Assembly (NCBI GenBank): GCA_047602425.1 | Contig: JASGHG010000001.1 | Span: 2,624,001-2,688,000, forward strand | Source: Nibricoccus sp. | Lineage (GTDB): Bacteria > Verrucomicrobiota > Verrucomicrobiia > Opitutales > Opitutaceae | DNA length: 64,000 bases | Reading direction: 5' to 3' | Part shown: piece by piece, positions 46,272 to 55,423 of the stretch | How the letters are laid out: each line of letters starts with the position of its first letter | Position numbering within the stretch: the stretch's first letter is position 1 | Program-made: the position numbers and the translations under genes | The notes under the pieces: model-generated | The model's database searches: none | The model's input: the letters and a program-made list of their open reading frames with translations, nothing else | Told to the model about the DNA's origin: nothing

Positions 46272-47069
46272 ATGAAAAATGCTTCCTCCGCCGCCCTCGC
46301 CACTGAACCCACACACGCCGCCAGCGCTTGGAGAATCTATCAGGGTGCCCAGTCTGAACACCTCGATGAGAAAGAGCTCATCGAGCGTTATCTCCCCCTC
46401 GTGCGCAACGTGGTTGACCGTATCAAGCTCAACCTGCCGCCGCACGTCGACGTGGAAGACCTTTACTCCGTGGGTGTTACTGGCTTGATCGCCGCCGTCC
46501 GCCGTTACGATCCCGAGCAGGGCCACACTTTTGCCGGCTACGCCACGACCCGCATTCGCGGCGCCATTCTCGACGAACTCCGCCGCCTCGACTGGTGCCC
46601 GCGCCGTGCCCGCGCCAAGGCCAAGAAGCTCAAGGAGTCGATCAACGAACTCGAACAGAAGCTCGGCCGCGCCGCCAGCGAAGAGGAAGTTCGCCAGCAC
46701 CTGAATCTCACGCCCAAGGAATACGCCAAATGGATGGAGGAAGCCCGTCCGGTTTGTTTCGTCGCGATCGACCAGACCGCCGAAAATGAAGATTCCGAAG
46801 GCGCTTCGCTTCACGAGCTGATCGCTGACGAGTCCGATGTTTCCGTTCGCGACCGCATGGAAAAGGAAGAGCTCATGCAGATGGTGGCCACCCGCATCGC
46901 CGAGCTCCCGGAAATTCCGAAGAAGATCCTCGCCATGTACTACTTCGAAAACATGCGCTTGGCCGAAATCGCCGCGGTTTTCGATCTGACGGAGTCCCGT
47001 ATTTGCCAGATTCACGCGCAGACCGTGATTGGTCTCCGCGCTTACATCCAGCGCATGCGCAGCCGCTAA
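46272..47069 (+). CDS. fliA: RNA polymerase sigma28 factor FliA
   Basis: YLPLV, RIRGAILDELRRLDW, LTESRICQIH. Confidence 0.95.
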   Translation: MKNASSAALATEPTHAASAWRIYQGAQSEHLDEKELIERYLPLVRNVVDRIKLNLPPHVDVEDLYSVGVTGLIAAVRRYDPEQGHTFAGYATTRIRGAILDELRRLDWCPRRARAKAKKLKESINELEQKLGRAASEEEVRQHLNLTPKEYAKWMEEARPVCFVAIDQTAENEDSEGASLHELIADESDVSVRDRMEKEELMQMVATRIAELPEIPKKILAMYYFENMRLAEIAAVFDLTESRICQIHAQTVIGLRAYIQRMRSR

Positions 47070-47097
47070 GCAGCAATTTTTTCCTGTTATGCATTCG

Positions 47098-47133
47098 AAG
47101 GACCCCCGTTTTAGCGACCGGGGGTCTTTTTTT
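47098..47133 (+). terminator. Intrinsic terminator after fliA
   Basis: GACCCCCG/CGGGGGTC stem followed by T7. Confidence 0.85.
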
Positions 47134-47192
47134 GCCGTCGGGATTTTTCCCACTGGGCGATGCATGTTTCTGTTACGTTGCGTGATGGAGGC

Positions 47193-47220
47193 TAAAGAGA
47201 CGGCACAGATGAGCCGTTAG
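47193..47220 (+). promoter_or_regulatory. sigma28-like promoter of motAB
   Basis: TAAA-N16-GCCGTTAG. Confidence 0.55.
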
Positions 47221-47243
47221 GGTAAAACACCCGGTTAACCAAT

Positions 47244-48119
47244 ATGTTGATCCTTGTCGGAGCGTTTATCGTTTTTGCAGCGACCCTAGGCGGCTTTATG
47301 TACGCCGGCGGGAAGCCCGTTTTGCTCCTGCATCTCTCGGAGTTCATGGTCATCGGCGGCATCGCGTTGGGCGTTCTCGTGATCGCGAGTCCGACCCACA
47401 TGCTCAAGGAAATCATCCACAAGGTGAAACACGCCGTGCTCGGCAAACCGACCAGCAAAGCCGAATATTTCGATCTCCTGAAAATGCTGTACGAGATTTT
47501 CATGGTCGGCCGCCGCAACGGTCTGATTGCGCTCGAAGAGCACGTGATGAATCCCGGCAGCAGTTCCATCTTTGCGAAGTACCCTTCGTTCACTGCCAAC
47601 CACGAACGCATGCAATTTCTCATCAACGGACTCAAGCCCGTGATCGACGGCAAAATCAAACCCGACCAGCTCGAAGACTTGATGTACACCGAACTCGAAG
47701 CCAAGGGCGAGGAAGGCGACCATCCCGTACATCTGCTTCAACTCGTGGGCGATTCCTTGCCTGGCATCGGCATCGTTGCCGCTGTGCTCGGTATCATCAA
47801 CACCATGGCTGCCATCGCCGATGGACCCGAGGCCGTGGGTGAACGTGTGGCGGCCGCGTTGACCGGCACATTTCTTGGCGTGTTTTTCGCCTACGGTTTC
47901 ATCAACCCGATGGCCAATCGCGTGAAATTCAACAACGCCGCCGAGATGACCTACATGAAGTGCATTCTCGCCGCGGTCGCCGGTTTCGCCAAGGGCCTCG
48001 CCCCGCTGACGGCCGTCGAAGTTGCCCGCCGCTCCCTCGATAGTGGCGTCCAGCCTGCCGCCGATGAACTCGAGCAAACCCTCAAGTCCATGCCCGCCCC
48101 CGGTAAATCCCAGGGCTGA
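47244..48119 (+). CDS. motA: Flagellar stator MotA
   Basis: GLIALEEH, LPGIGIVAAVLGII, AAALTGTFLG, AVEVARR. Confidence 0.95.
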   Translation: MLILVGAFIVFAATLGGFMYAGGKPVLLLHLSEFMVIGGIALGVLVIASPTHMLKEIIHKVKHAVLGKPTSKAEYFDLLKMLYEIFMVGRRNGLIALEEHVMNPGSSSIFAKYPSFTANHERMQFLINGLKPVIDGKIKPDQLEDLMYTELEAKGEEGDHPVHLLQLVGDSLPGIGIVAAVLGIINTMAAIADGPEAVGERVAAALTGTFLGVFFAYGFINPMANRVKFNNAAEMTYMKCILAAVAGFAKGLAPLTAVEVARRSLDSGVQPAADELEQTLKSMPAPGKSQG

Positions 48120-48145
48120 TCCCCATCGGCTGATCGGAGTCTCGC

Positions 48146-49048
48146 ATGTCCAAGAAACATCGCAAAAAAAAGGGCGACGGCCACCACGGCGGAGCGTGGA
48201 AGGTGGCCTTTGCCGACTTCATGACCGCGATGATGGCTTTGTTTCTGGTGCTTTGGATTTCCGCGCAGGAGAAAAAAATCCTCATCGCCACCGCGCGCTA
48301 TTTTCAAAATCCCTTTTCCTCGCCGATCGACCGCACCTCGGGCGTCATGCCCTACGATCAGAACAAACCGAGCAAGCCCCACGGCGACGATTCCGGTGCC
48401 GACGAACCCCAGACCAGCAAGCGCGACATCGATCTCAATTACCTCAACTCCCTCGCGAAGGACTTTTTCAAGCTCCTGAATCTCGATCAGGATCTCGCGG
48501 AAAAACCGATCGACATCCAAGTCACCAGTGACGGCCTGCGCATCATGCTCTACGACCGCGCGCGCAAACCACTCTTTGTCGACAAAACCGCTGAGTTTAC
48601 CGAGTGGGGCCAATTCGTCATGCAAAGCCTTGCCTGGATGATCGACCGCCAGAAATTCCGTGTCGTTATCGAAGGCCATACCCGCAAGGGCCTTGATCTG
48701 CCCAAGGCCGAGTACACGGCTTGGGAACTCTCCGCCGACCGCGCGAACGCCGCCCGCCGTTTGCTCACGCTTTACGCGGTGGATGAAGCCCGCATCGAAC
48801 GCGTGACCGGTTACGCCGACACGCGCCCCATGCCTTTCCAAACGCCCGATTCCGAGTCCAACCAACGCGTCACCCTCAGCCTCACCGTGAGCCAGCGTAC
48901 CAAAGAGCTTAGGGACAAAACCCACGACGCCAAAACACCTTCCGCCGCCCCCGCGGTGACTCCCGCTCCTGAACCCAAAAAACCTGCCGAAACCTCCGCC
49001 TTGCCGCCTAAGCCCGGCACGCGCGCCGGCCTCGCTGACTTCCGATGA
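48146..49048 (+). CDS. motB: Flagellar stator MotB
   Basis: HHGGAWKVAFADFMTAMMALF and OmpA-like WELSADRANAARR. Confidence 0.95.
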   Translation: MSKKHRKKKGDGHHGGAWKVAFADFMTAMMALFLVLWISAQEKKILIATARYFQNPFSSPIDRTSGVMPYDQNKPSKPHGDDSGADEPQTSKRDIDLNYLNSLAKDFFKLLNLDQDLAEKPIDIQVTSDGLRIMLYDRARKPLFVDKTAEFTEWGQFVMQSLAWMIDRQKFRVVIEGHTRKGLDLPKAEYTAWELSADRANAARRLLTLYAVDEARIERVTGYADTRPMPFQTPDSESNQRVTLSLTVSQRTKELRDKTHDAKTPSAAPAVTPAPEPKKPAETSALPPKPGTRAGLADFR

Positions 49049-49281
49049 AACCCTTCCTCACTGGCCGCACCCAGGTCAAATCCGCCACGCTCCAACCCAT
49101 TCCCGGCCTCGGTGCCGCCGAAGCCGTCGCCCGCGCCGTCGCCACGCATAAACATTCGAAAGAAGGAAGCGGCCCCACCGTCGAGACCATCAAGCAGGGC
49201 GACAAAGTCGTCCGCCTCGTCGTCACCTGCTCCTGTGGGGAACGCATCGAAATCGACTGCCTTTATCCCGCCGGAGGTTGA
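49045..49281 (+). CDS. 78-aa protein coupled to motB with a CxC...C motif
   Basis: ATGA overlap with the motB stop; VVTCSCGERIEIDCLY. Confidence 0.7.
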   Translation: MKPFLTGRTQVKSATLQPIPGLGAAEAVARAVATHKHSKEGSGPTVETIKQGDKVVRLVVTCSCGERIEIDCLYPAGG

Positions 49282-49466
49282 AGGGGCGGGGGGAGTGCCC
49301 GCGCTTTCCTTTGCCTCTGTTGACCGGTTTGGCTTGCGTGACGAACAGTTTTGCCTCTGAGTCACGGCATGCAGCGCGAAATAACCAACGCGGGATTTAG
49401 GTGGTTGCTCCTGGTTGCCGCCAGGTCTGATTCCGCGCCGATCATTGGCTGCACCAAAACCGACTC

Positions 49467-49814
49467 ATGAAAAACCTCGCCTTGTTCATTCTCGCATCGG
49501 CGCTCGTCTCCGGTGCTTTTGCCCAGTCCTCGACGCGGCCCCCGCAGTCGCAACCGACCGACAAGGAGGTTGCCGTTCAGTCCGAGGTCAAGGACCTTGC
49601 CCGCGGTTACGCGCTCGCGTTTTCGCAGCTTTCACGGCCGCCGCTCACCCTCGTTTTTCAACGGGAAGGGCAACAGCGCGTGCTCGAGGACGTCAAAGCC
49701 GTGCGCGCCGCTGAAGGCGTGTTGGTGGTCGAAGTCGGCCGCGGCCTGATCTACGTGATCAACGCCAAGGACGTGCTGTACCTGACTGACGGCGGAAAAC
49801 TCGTGAACAAGTAG
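49467..49814 (+). CDS. Secreted hypothetical protein
   Basis: Signal peptide ending AFA; typical codon usage. Confidence 0.7.
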   Translation: MKNLALFILASALVSGAFAQSSTRPPQSQPTDKEVAVQSEVKDLARGYALAFSQLSRPPLTLVFQREGQQRVLEDVKAVRAAEGVLVVEVGRGLIYVINAKDVLYLTDGGKLVNK

Positions 49815-49833
49815 TTCGCGACACCGCGGGACT

Positions 49834-49860
49834 TCAGAAACCCGCCGAGTGGGCCGATAA
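49834..49860 (+). promoter_or_regulatory. sigma28 promoter
   Basis: TCAG-N15-GCCGATAA. Confidence 0.7.
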
Positions 49861-49903
49861 ATTGATGGTCGGCAGCCGTTTTGTGCGACCGACCTTCAAC
49901 CCT

Positions 49904-50830
49904 ATGAAAAAGCTCCTGCTTGCCTTTTTGGGCCTGCCCCTCGTGGCGATGGCTCAATCCTACACCGTTGCCGTTATCCCGAAGGGAACGAGCAATTTCT
50001 GGAAAACCTACGAAGCCGGTGCCAAAAAAGCCGCAACCGAACTTGGCATCGAAATGGTGGTGCGCGGCACGAAATTCGAAAGCGATGTCGAGGCGCAGAT
50101 TCAGATCGTCGATTATTTCCGCGAGAAAAAAGTCAGCGCCATCGTCATCACTCCCTTGCACAAGGATCAGTTGATCGCACCCGTCGAGAAAGCCATCGCG
50201 GAGGGAGTTCCCGTGGTCGTTACCGACTCCGCGCTCAACAGCACCAAGACAGCAGCATTCATCGCCTCCAACAATGTTCAGGCCGGCCAGCTGGGCGGCG
50301 CCGCACTCGCCGAGGCCCTTGGCGCAAACGCGACGGGCGAAGTCGCGCTTTTGCGCTATCTCAAAGGCAGCGAATCCACCGAAAAGCGCGAAACCGGCGC
50401 GCTCCAGGAATTCAAGTCCAGCTTGGCCAAAGCCACCATCTTGGACACGTATTACAGCGGCACCGTCTTGGGCGATGCCAAGCGCAACTGTGACACTCTT
50501 TTCGACGAACATCCCGGTCTCATTGGCGTCATGGCGGTTTCCACCATCTCCACCAAAGGACTGCTTAAGTCCGTCCAACAACGTGACCTTGCCGCCAAAG
50601 TCGCCATCGTCGGGGCCGGTAGCGACGAAGATATTCTTCAGGCGCTGCGCAAAGGGGAAATCAAGGCGCTCGTGCTCCAGAACCCCTTCGAAATGGGCTA
50701 CCGCGGCGTCAAAACGGCCGTCGCCGTCCTCAAAGGCGAAAAGGTGGAAAAACAATCCTTCACCGATGTCATCCTCGTGACCGCCGCCAACATCGACAGC
50801 CCCGAAGTTCAACGCCTCGTCAGCCCTTAA
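49904..50830 (+). CDS. Orphan RbsB-like periplasmic sugar-binding protein
   Basis: Signal peptide; VIPKG..NFW, PVVVTDS, IASNN.QAG, QNPFEMGY. No adjacent ABC permease or ATPase. Confidence 0.88.
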   Translation: MKKLLLAFLGLPLVAMAQSYTVAVIPKGTSNFWKTYEAGAKKAATELGIEMVVRGTKFESDVEAQIQIVDYFREKKVSAIVITPLHKDQLIAPVEKAIAEGVPVVVTDSALNSTKTAAFIASNNVQAGQLGGAALAEALGANATGEVALLRYLKGSESTEKRETGALQEFKSSLAKATILDTYYSGTVLGDAKRNCDTLFDEHPGLIGVMAVSTISTKGLLKSVQQRDLAAKVAIVGAGSDEDILQALRKGEIKALVLQNPFEMGYRGVKTAVAVLKGEKVEKQSFTDVILVTAANIDSPEVQRLVSP

Positions 50831-51016
50831 AAAGCTCTATTTCCACCACGGACGCCGCTCAGGTGTCTTCAGAAACATGAAGACACCCGTGCAAACTCCA
50901 CCCGCTCACCGCCCCCGTCACCGTTACGCCGCCGGGGGTGCGCCTAAAAAAATTCTAAGATGTCTTCGGGAGAGAAAAATGATCGCGGACGATGAGAGGC
51001 GAATTTGTGTCTCAGA

Positions 51017-51045
51017 CCGTTTGTCATCTAATAGATGACAAACGG
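51017..51045. repeat. Palindrome TGTCA-NN-TAATW-NN-TGACA (copy 2)
   Basis: CCGTTTGTCATCTA-A-TAGATGACAAACGG, a perfect 14-bp inverted repeat. Confidence 0.65.
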
Positions 51046-51342
51046 CGCGTAGGGACGGCCTCGGCTGCATCTCTGTCGAATGTTGGTACTTGGTGGTTCT
51101 GGATAGACCGATCTTAGCTCTGGGGCGGTTAAAGCTTTTCCGCGATGATAGGAACCGGAACCGTCCTTTTGGCGGGAAGTACGTAACTTTCGAGGCGCGT
51201 GTAGCCGGTTGCGCACCTTACTCGCACCTCGTTACAGGCGCGCGGCAATTGCTGCCGCCGTGGGAGAAACTCCTAGATCGGCAAAATGTGCCGGGATAAG
51301 ATTTGGCGGTTTAACATCCTTGTAAAACAGCAGTTAGGTAAC

Positions 51343-51358
51343 TGGCATTGCCATTGCT
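51343..51358 (+). promoter_or_regulatory. sigma54 promoter of the flgF operon
   Basis: TGGCATTGCCATTGCT (GG-N10-GC). Confidence 0.75.
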
Positions 51359-51375
51359 TAGGGTACAGACCCCAG

Positions 51376-52119
51376 ATGAACATCGGTTTATACCAGAGCG
51401 CCGCTTCACTCTCCGCGTTGGAACGCTGGCAGGAAGCCGTCGCACAAAACATTACCTCCAGCCAGATCCCTGGTTTCCGTAAGCGCACGGTGGAATTCAC
51501 TTCGGTTGACCTTGGGCATCTTCAAATCGATCCCAAAGGCAAAGGCCAGGAAGGCGCGCCAGCCGCTTTTCCGAGCACCACGCTGGGCGTCAGTTTTTAT
51601 CCGGGTGAAACGACGCCGACGCGCCGCGAACTCGATGTTGCGATTTCCGGCGATGGATTTTTCGAAGTTCAGCAACCGGATGGCAGCCGCGCTTACACGC
51701 GGGCCGGGCAGTTTCATATCAATTCGGAACGCACCATCGTCACGCAGGACAACATGCCGGTGCTTTCCTCCGCAGGCACACCCATCGTTCTTCAGCCCAC
51801 GGGGGAACCACTTGCTATCGCTCCCGATGGTGCCCTCACCCAAGGCGACCGCCAGCTGGGTAAGCTCAGCGTCGTCCACTTTGCGGACAACCAGAAGCTT
51901 TTGCCTGCCGGCGCCAACATGTACGCCGCCCCGGAGGGCATGGACGCTGCGCCGGTTGAACGCCCTTCCGTCCTTCAGGGCTACATCGAAGCGAGCAATG
52001 TCACGCCGCTGCGCGAAATGATTTCCCTCGTGCAAATCGCGCGCGCCTACGAAGCAAACCAAAAGATCATCACCAGCCGCGACCAGAATCTCCAGAAGGC
52101 CATCGAGGCCCTGGGCTGA
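51376..52119 (+). CDS. flgF: Flagellar basal-body rod protein FlgF
   Basis: GLYQSAA, DVAISGDGFF, YTRAG, GYIEASNV; precedes flgG. Confidence 0.85.
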   Translation: MNIGLYQSAASLSALERWQEAVAQNITSSQIPGFRKRTVEFTSVDLGHLQIDPKGKGQEGAPAAFPSTTLGVSFYPGETTPTRRELDVAISGDGFFEVQQPDGSRAYTRAGQFHINSERTIVTQDNMPVLSSAGTPIVLQPTGEPLAIAPDGALTQGDRQLGKLSVVHFADNQKLLPAGANMYAAPEGMDAAPVERPSVLQGYIEASNVTPLREMISLVQIARAYEANQKIITSRDQNLQKAIEALG

Positions 52120-52156
52120 GCCGCCTGTATCCAAAATTTAAACACAACCCGCCGCC

Positions 52157-52939
52157 ATGAACCTCTCGCTCTACTCCGCCGCTTCAGGCATGGAAGCCCA
52201 GCAGCTCAACCTCAACACCATCGCCAACAACCTGGCGAACGTGAACACCCCGGGCTTCAAGCGCAGCCAGATTTCCTTCCAGGATCTGCTCTACCAGCGT
52301 CCGCGCGCCACCGGTTCGCAGGACAGCGGCGGCAACATCCTGCCCACCGGCATCGAGGTCGGCAACGGCACGCGCGTCGCCGCGACCGGAAAGATTTTCA
52401 CTCAAGGCGAACTCACCTCGACCGGCGAAAAGCTCGATGTCGCGATTCAGGGCGACGGTTTCTACGAAGTGCAGCGTGCCGACGGCACCTCCGCTTACAC
52501 GCGCGACGGTTCCCTCAAAATTTCTCCCACCGGCCAGGTCACGACCAATGACGGTTTGCCGGTACTTAGTGGTTTCCAAGCCGTGCCGACCGGTACGACC
52601 GGCATTACCATTTCGCAGGACGGCCAGGTGACTTACACCACCGCCACGGGCTCGCAAACTTTCCGCATCCAACTCACGCGTTTCGCGAATCCCGCCGGCC
52701 TCCAAAGTTTGGGTGGCAATCTTTATTCCGAAACAACCGCCAGCGGCACGCCGGAAACCGGCAGTCCCGGCGAGCAGGGCTTTGGCATGACGATGCAGGG
52801 CTATGTTGAAAGCTCCAACGTCAACATCGTGCAGGAAATGGTGAATCTCATCACCGCCCAGCGCGCCTACGAGATCAACAGCAAGTCCATCCAGACTTCC
52901 GACGAGATGCTCCAGAACATCAACCAGATGAAACGCTGA
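52157..52939 (+). CDS. flgG: Distal rod protein FlgG
   Basis: IANNLANVNTPGFK, FQDLLYQ, ESSNVNIVQEMVNLITAQRAYE. Confidence 0.96.
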   Translation: MNLSLYSAASGMEAQQLNLNTIANNLANVNTPGFKRSQISFQDLLYQRPRATGSQDSGGNILPTGIEVGNGTRVAATGKIFTQGELTSTGEKLDVAIQGDGFYEVQRADGTSAYTRDGSLKISPTGQVTTNDGLPVLSGFQAVPTGTTGITISQDGQVTYTTATGSQTFRIQLTRFANPAGLQSLGGNLYSETTASGTPETGSPGEQGFGMTMQGYVESSNVNIVQEMVNLITAQRAYEINSKSIQTSDEMLQNINQMKR

Positions 52940-53679
52940 TGAAACTGCGCGCGATCATTTCAATTTGCTCCTTGCTGCTGGTTTCGGCCATGTCCGCCGC
53001 CGCGCAGGTTCTTGCCTCGGCCAGTCCCGCGACCATCGCGGCCGCGCCTGCCACACTCACTCAGGAGGAACTTCTCGCTTCGGTTTCGCGCCAGTTGACG
53101 GAGCGCTTTCAATTGCGCGGCGAGCTGCAGCTCGAACTCCAACGCCAGTGGCTCGCTCCCACGCCTGTGGCGGGCGGCATCGAAGTCGTGGTTCTCGAAT
53201 ATCCTGCGCGCCTTGCCTCCACGCTTTTGCTTCGCGTGAAACTTCAAACCGCCTCGCGGTCGTTGGGGGAGCAGACGCTTCCGTTGCACGTCCAATTGCA
53301 CCGCGATGTCTATGTTGTGCGCACACCTTTGCTGCGCGAAGCCGCCTTCGATGCCTCTCAACTCGACATTCGCCGCGTGGACGTCTTGCGCGAACGCGAC
53401 GTAGTCGCCGTCGACGATTGCACGGGCGACTACACTTTTGCGACCAGCGCGTCCGCTGGACGCCTGCTCACTTGGCGCGATCTCACCCGCCGCACCCTCG
53501 TGCGCAAAGGCCAGGTTATCGAGGTCGCCGCCATCGACGGCACCATGACGATCACCACCAAGGCGCTTGCCATGGAAAACGGCGCCGCCGGCGACTCCAT
53601 TCGTGTCCGCAATCTTACCTCCAAACGGGACTTCACGGCCAGCGTCGTAGCCGAGGCGCGCGCCCAGGTCCAATTCTGA
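52939..53679 (+). CDS. flgA: P-ring chaperone FlgA
   Basis: Signal peptide; LVRKGQ..ALAMENG..GDSIRVRNLTS. Confidence 0.88.
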   Translation: MKLRAIISICSLLLVSAMSAAAQVLASASPATIAAAPATLTQEELLASVSRQLTERFQLRGELQLELQRQWLAPTPVAGGIEVVVLEYPARLASTLLLRVKLQTASRSLGEQTLPLHVQLHRDVYVVRTPLLREAAFDASQLDIRRVDVLRERDVVAVDDCTGDYTFATSASAGRLLTWRDLTRRTLVRKGQVIEVAAIDGTMTITTKALAMENGAAGDSIRVRNLTSKRDFTASVVAEARAQVQF

Positions 53680-53681
53680 CC

Positions 53682-54296
53682 ATGAAAAAATTCCAGGCCA
53701 TTGTCTCAGTCTTATTGTTCGGCGCGGCTCTTTCCGCCCAAGCCGATTCGCTCTGGACCTCGCCGACCAATGCCGAGCGTTCCATGTACGCTGACCGCAA
53801 AGCCGCTCGCAAGGGGGACATTCTTACCGTGGTCATCGCCGAGCAGGTGGCTCAGTCTTCTTCGCAAAGCAAGAAATCGGGTAAGTCCTCCACGGTCGAC
53901 GCCAGCGTTTCCAGCTTCCTTTTCCCCTCGAGCGGCATGGGCAAGCACAAGGGCGAACTTCCCGTCACCGGCCTTTCGGCCAGCAACGACTTTTCCGGAT
54001 CAGGAGAGGTTAGCAACACCCAGAGCATCACCGGCCGCGCCGCCGTGCTCGTTGCAGATGTGCTGCCAAACGGTAACCTCGTGATCGAGGGTGCACGCGT
54101 GATCACTTTTTCCGGCGAAACGCAGTACGTTGTCCTGCACGGCATCGTCCGCGCCGACGACGTCACCTCCGCCAATACCGTTACCTCAACCAACATCGCT
54201 GATGTGCGCGTCGAATTTATCAGCGAGGGCGAACTGACCGACGCACAGAAACGCGGCTGGCTCACCAAGCTCGTCGACCGCCTCCGTCCGTATTAA
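53682..54296 (+). CDS. flgH: L-ring protein FlgH
   Basis: DRKA..KGDILTVVI.E, VLPNGNLVIEG, GIVRADDV, GWL. Confidence 0.92.
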   Translation: MKKFQAIVSVLLFGAALSAQADSLWTSPTNAERSMYADRKAARKGDILTVVIAEQVAQSSSQSKKSGKSSTVDASVSSFLFPSSGMGKHKGELPVTGLSASNDFSGSGEVSNTQSITGRAAVLVADVLPNGNLVIEGARVITFSGETQYVVLHGIVRADDVTSANTVTSTNIADVRVEFISEGELTDAQKRGWLTKLVDRLRPY

Positions 54297-54312
54297 AATT
54301 TCAACTACTCCC

Positions 54313-55422
54313 ATGCTTCGCTTTGGAAAAATTATTTTTCTTCTGGCTTTCGCCACCAGCTTCCTCGGTGGAACTGCGCAAGCCGCCCGCATCAAGGACC
54401 TGATTCAGGTCGAGGGCAGTCGCGATAATCAATTGGTTGGTTATGGGCTCGTCGTCGGTCTCGCGGGCGACGGCGACAGCAATGCCATCACCACACTGCG
54501 CACTATCGGCAATGCTCTTCAGCGCTACGGTCTGACTCTTCCCGCCGACCAGATCAAATCGAAGAATGCCGCGGCCGTCATGATCACGGCCGACATCGCC
54601 GCATTTTTGAAACCGGGCAGTCGCATCGACGTGACCGTCGCTTCGCTCGGTGATGCAAAAAGTCTCCAAGGCGGCGTCCTCCTGCAGACTCCTCTCGTCG
54701 GTGCCGACGGGCGTGTCTACGCGGTCGCGCAGGGTGCGATCTCCGTAGGTGGATTCCTTGGCGGTTCCGGCGGCCCTGGCGGCGCCACGGTGCAAAAGAA
54801 TCATCCCACGGTCGGCCTGATCTCGAATGGCGCCATCGTCGAGCGCGAGATCCCGTCCTCCATCTCGGTCAATGGCGTATTCACGCTGCAATTACAGGCG
54901 CCCGATTTCACCTCGGCTGCCCGCATGGCCCGCGCGATCAACGCCTATTATCCCGATGCCGCGTCTGCGCGCGATGCAGCCACGGTCTCGGTCAAACTGC
55001 CGCCCACCTACACGGGTCGCGAGGTCGCCTTCATCTCGGATCTCGGCTCGATCGAAGTGAATCCCGACACGCCCGCGCGCATTGTCATCAACGAGCGCAC
55101 GGGCACGATCATCGCCACCACGACGGTGCGCATTTCGCAGGTGGCCATCAGCCATGGTTCTCTAACCATTACCGTCACCCAAAATCTCGCGGTTTCGCAG
55201 CCCAATTCTTTCAACAACTCCGGCCAGACCACCGTCACGCCTTCGACGCAGACCGGTGTCGTGGAAACGAAGGGACGTTTCGTTGTCTTTAACGAGGCTC
55301 CCACGGTCGATCGCCTTGCCGCCGCGCTTAACGCCCTCGGCGTTTCCACGCGCGAAATGATGTCGATCTTCCAGACCCTCAAGCGATCGGGCGCCCTCCA
55401 GGCCGAACTCATCATCAACTGA
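54313..55422 (+). CDS. flgI: P-ring protein FlgI
   Basis: RIKD..V.G.RDNQLVGYGLVVGL.G.GD, GDAKSLQGG, INERTGT. Confidence 0.96.
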   Translation: MLRFGKIIFLLAFATSFLGGTAQAARIKDLIQVEGSRDNQLVGYGLVVGLAGDGDSNAITTLRTIGNALQRYGLTLPADQIKSKNAAAVMITADIAAFLKPGSRIDVTVASLGDAKSLQGGVLLQTPLVGADGRVYAVAQGAISVGGFLGGSGGPGGATVQKNHPTVGLISNGAIVEREIPSSISVNGVFTLQLQAPDFTSAARMARAINAYYPDAASARDAATVSVKLPPTYTGREVAFISDLGSIEVNPDTPARIVINERTGTIIATTTVRISQVAISHGSLTITVTQNLAVSQPNSFNNSGQTTVTPSTQTGVVETKGRFVVFNEAPTVDRLAAALNALGVSTREMMSIFQTLKRSGALQAELIIN

Positions 55423-55423
55423 T

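Noticed and set aside
50861..50886. Hairpin GGTGTCTTCA/TGAAGACACC after the sugar-binding gene
   Set aside because: No U-tract and no second copy seen; possibly a weak terminator, but not enough support to call.
52965..53681. Long N-terminal extension of the flgH ORF
   Set aside because: It overlaps flgA in another frame; the ATG at 53682 gives a proper signal peptide.
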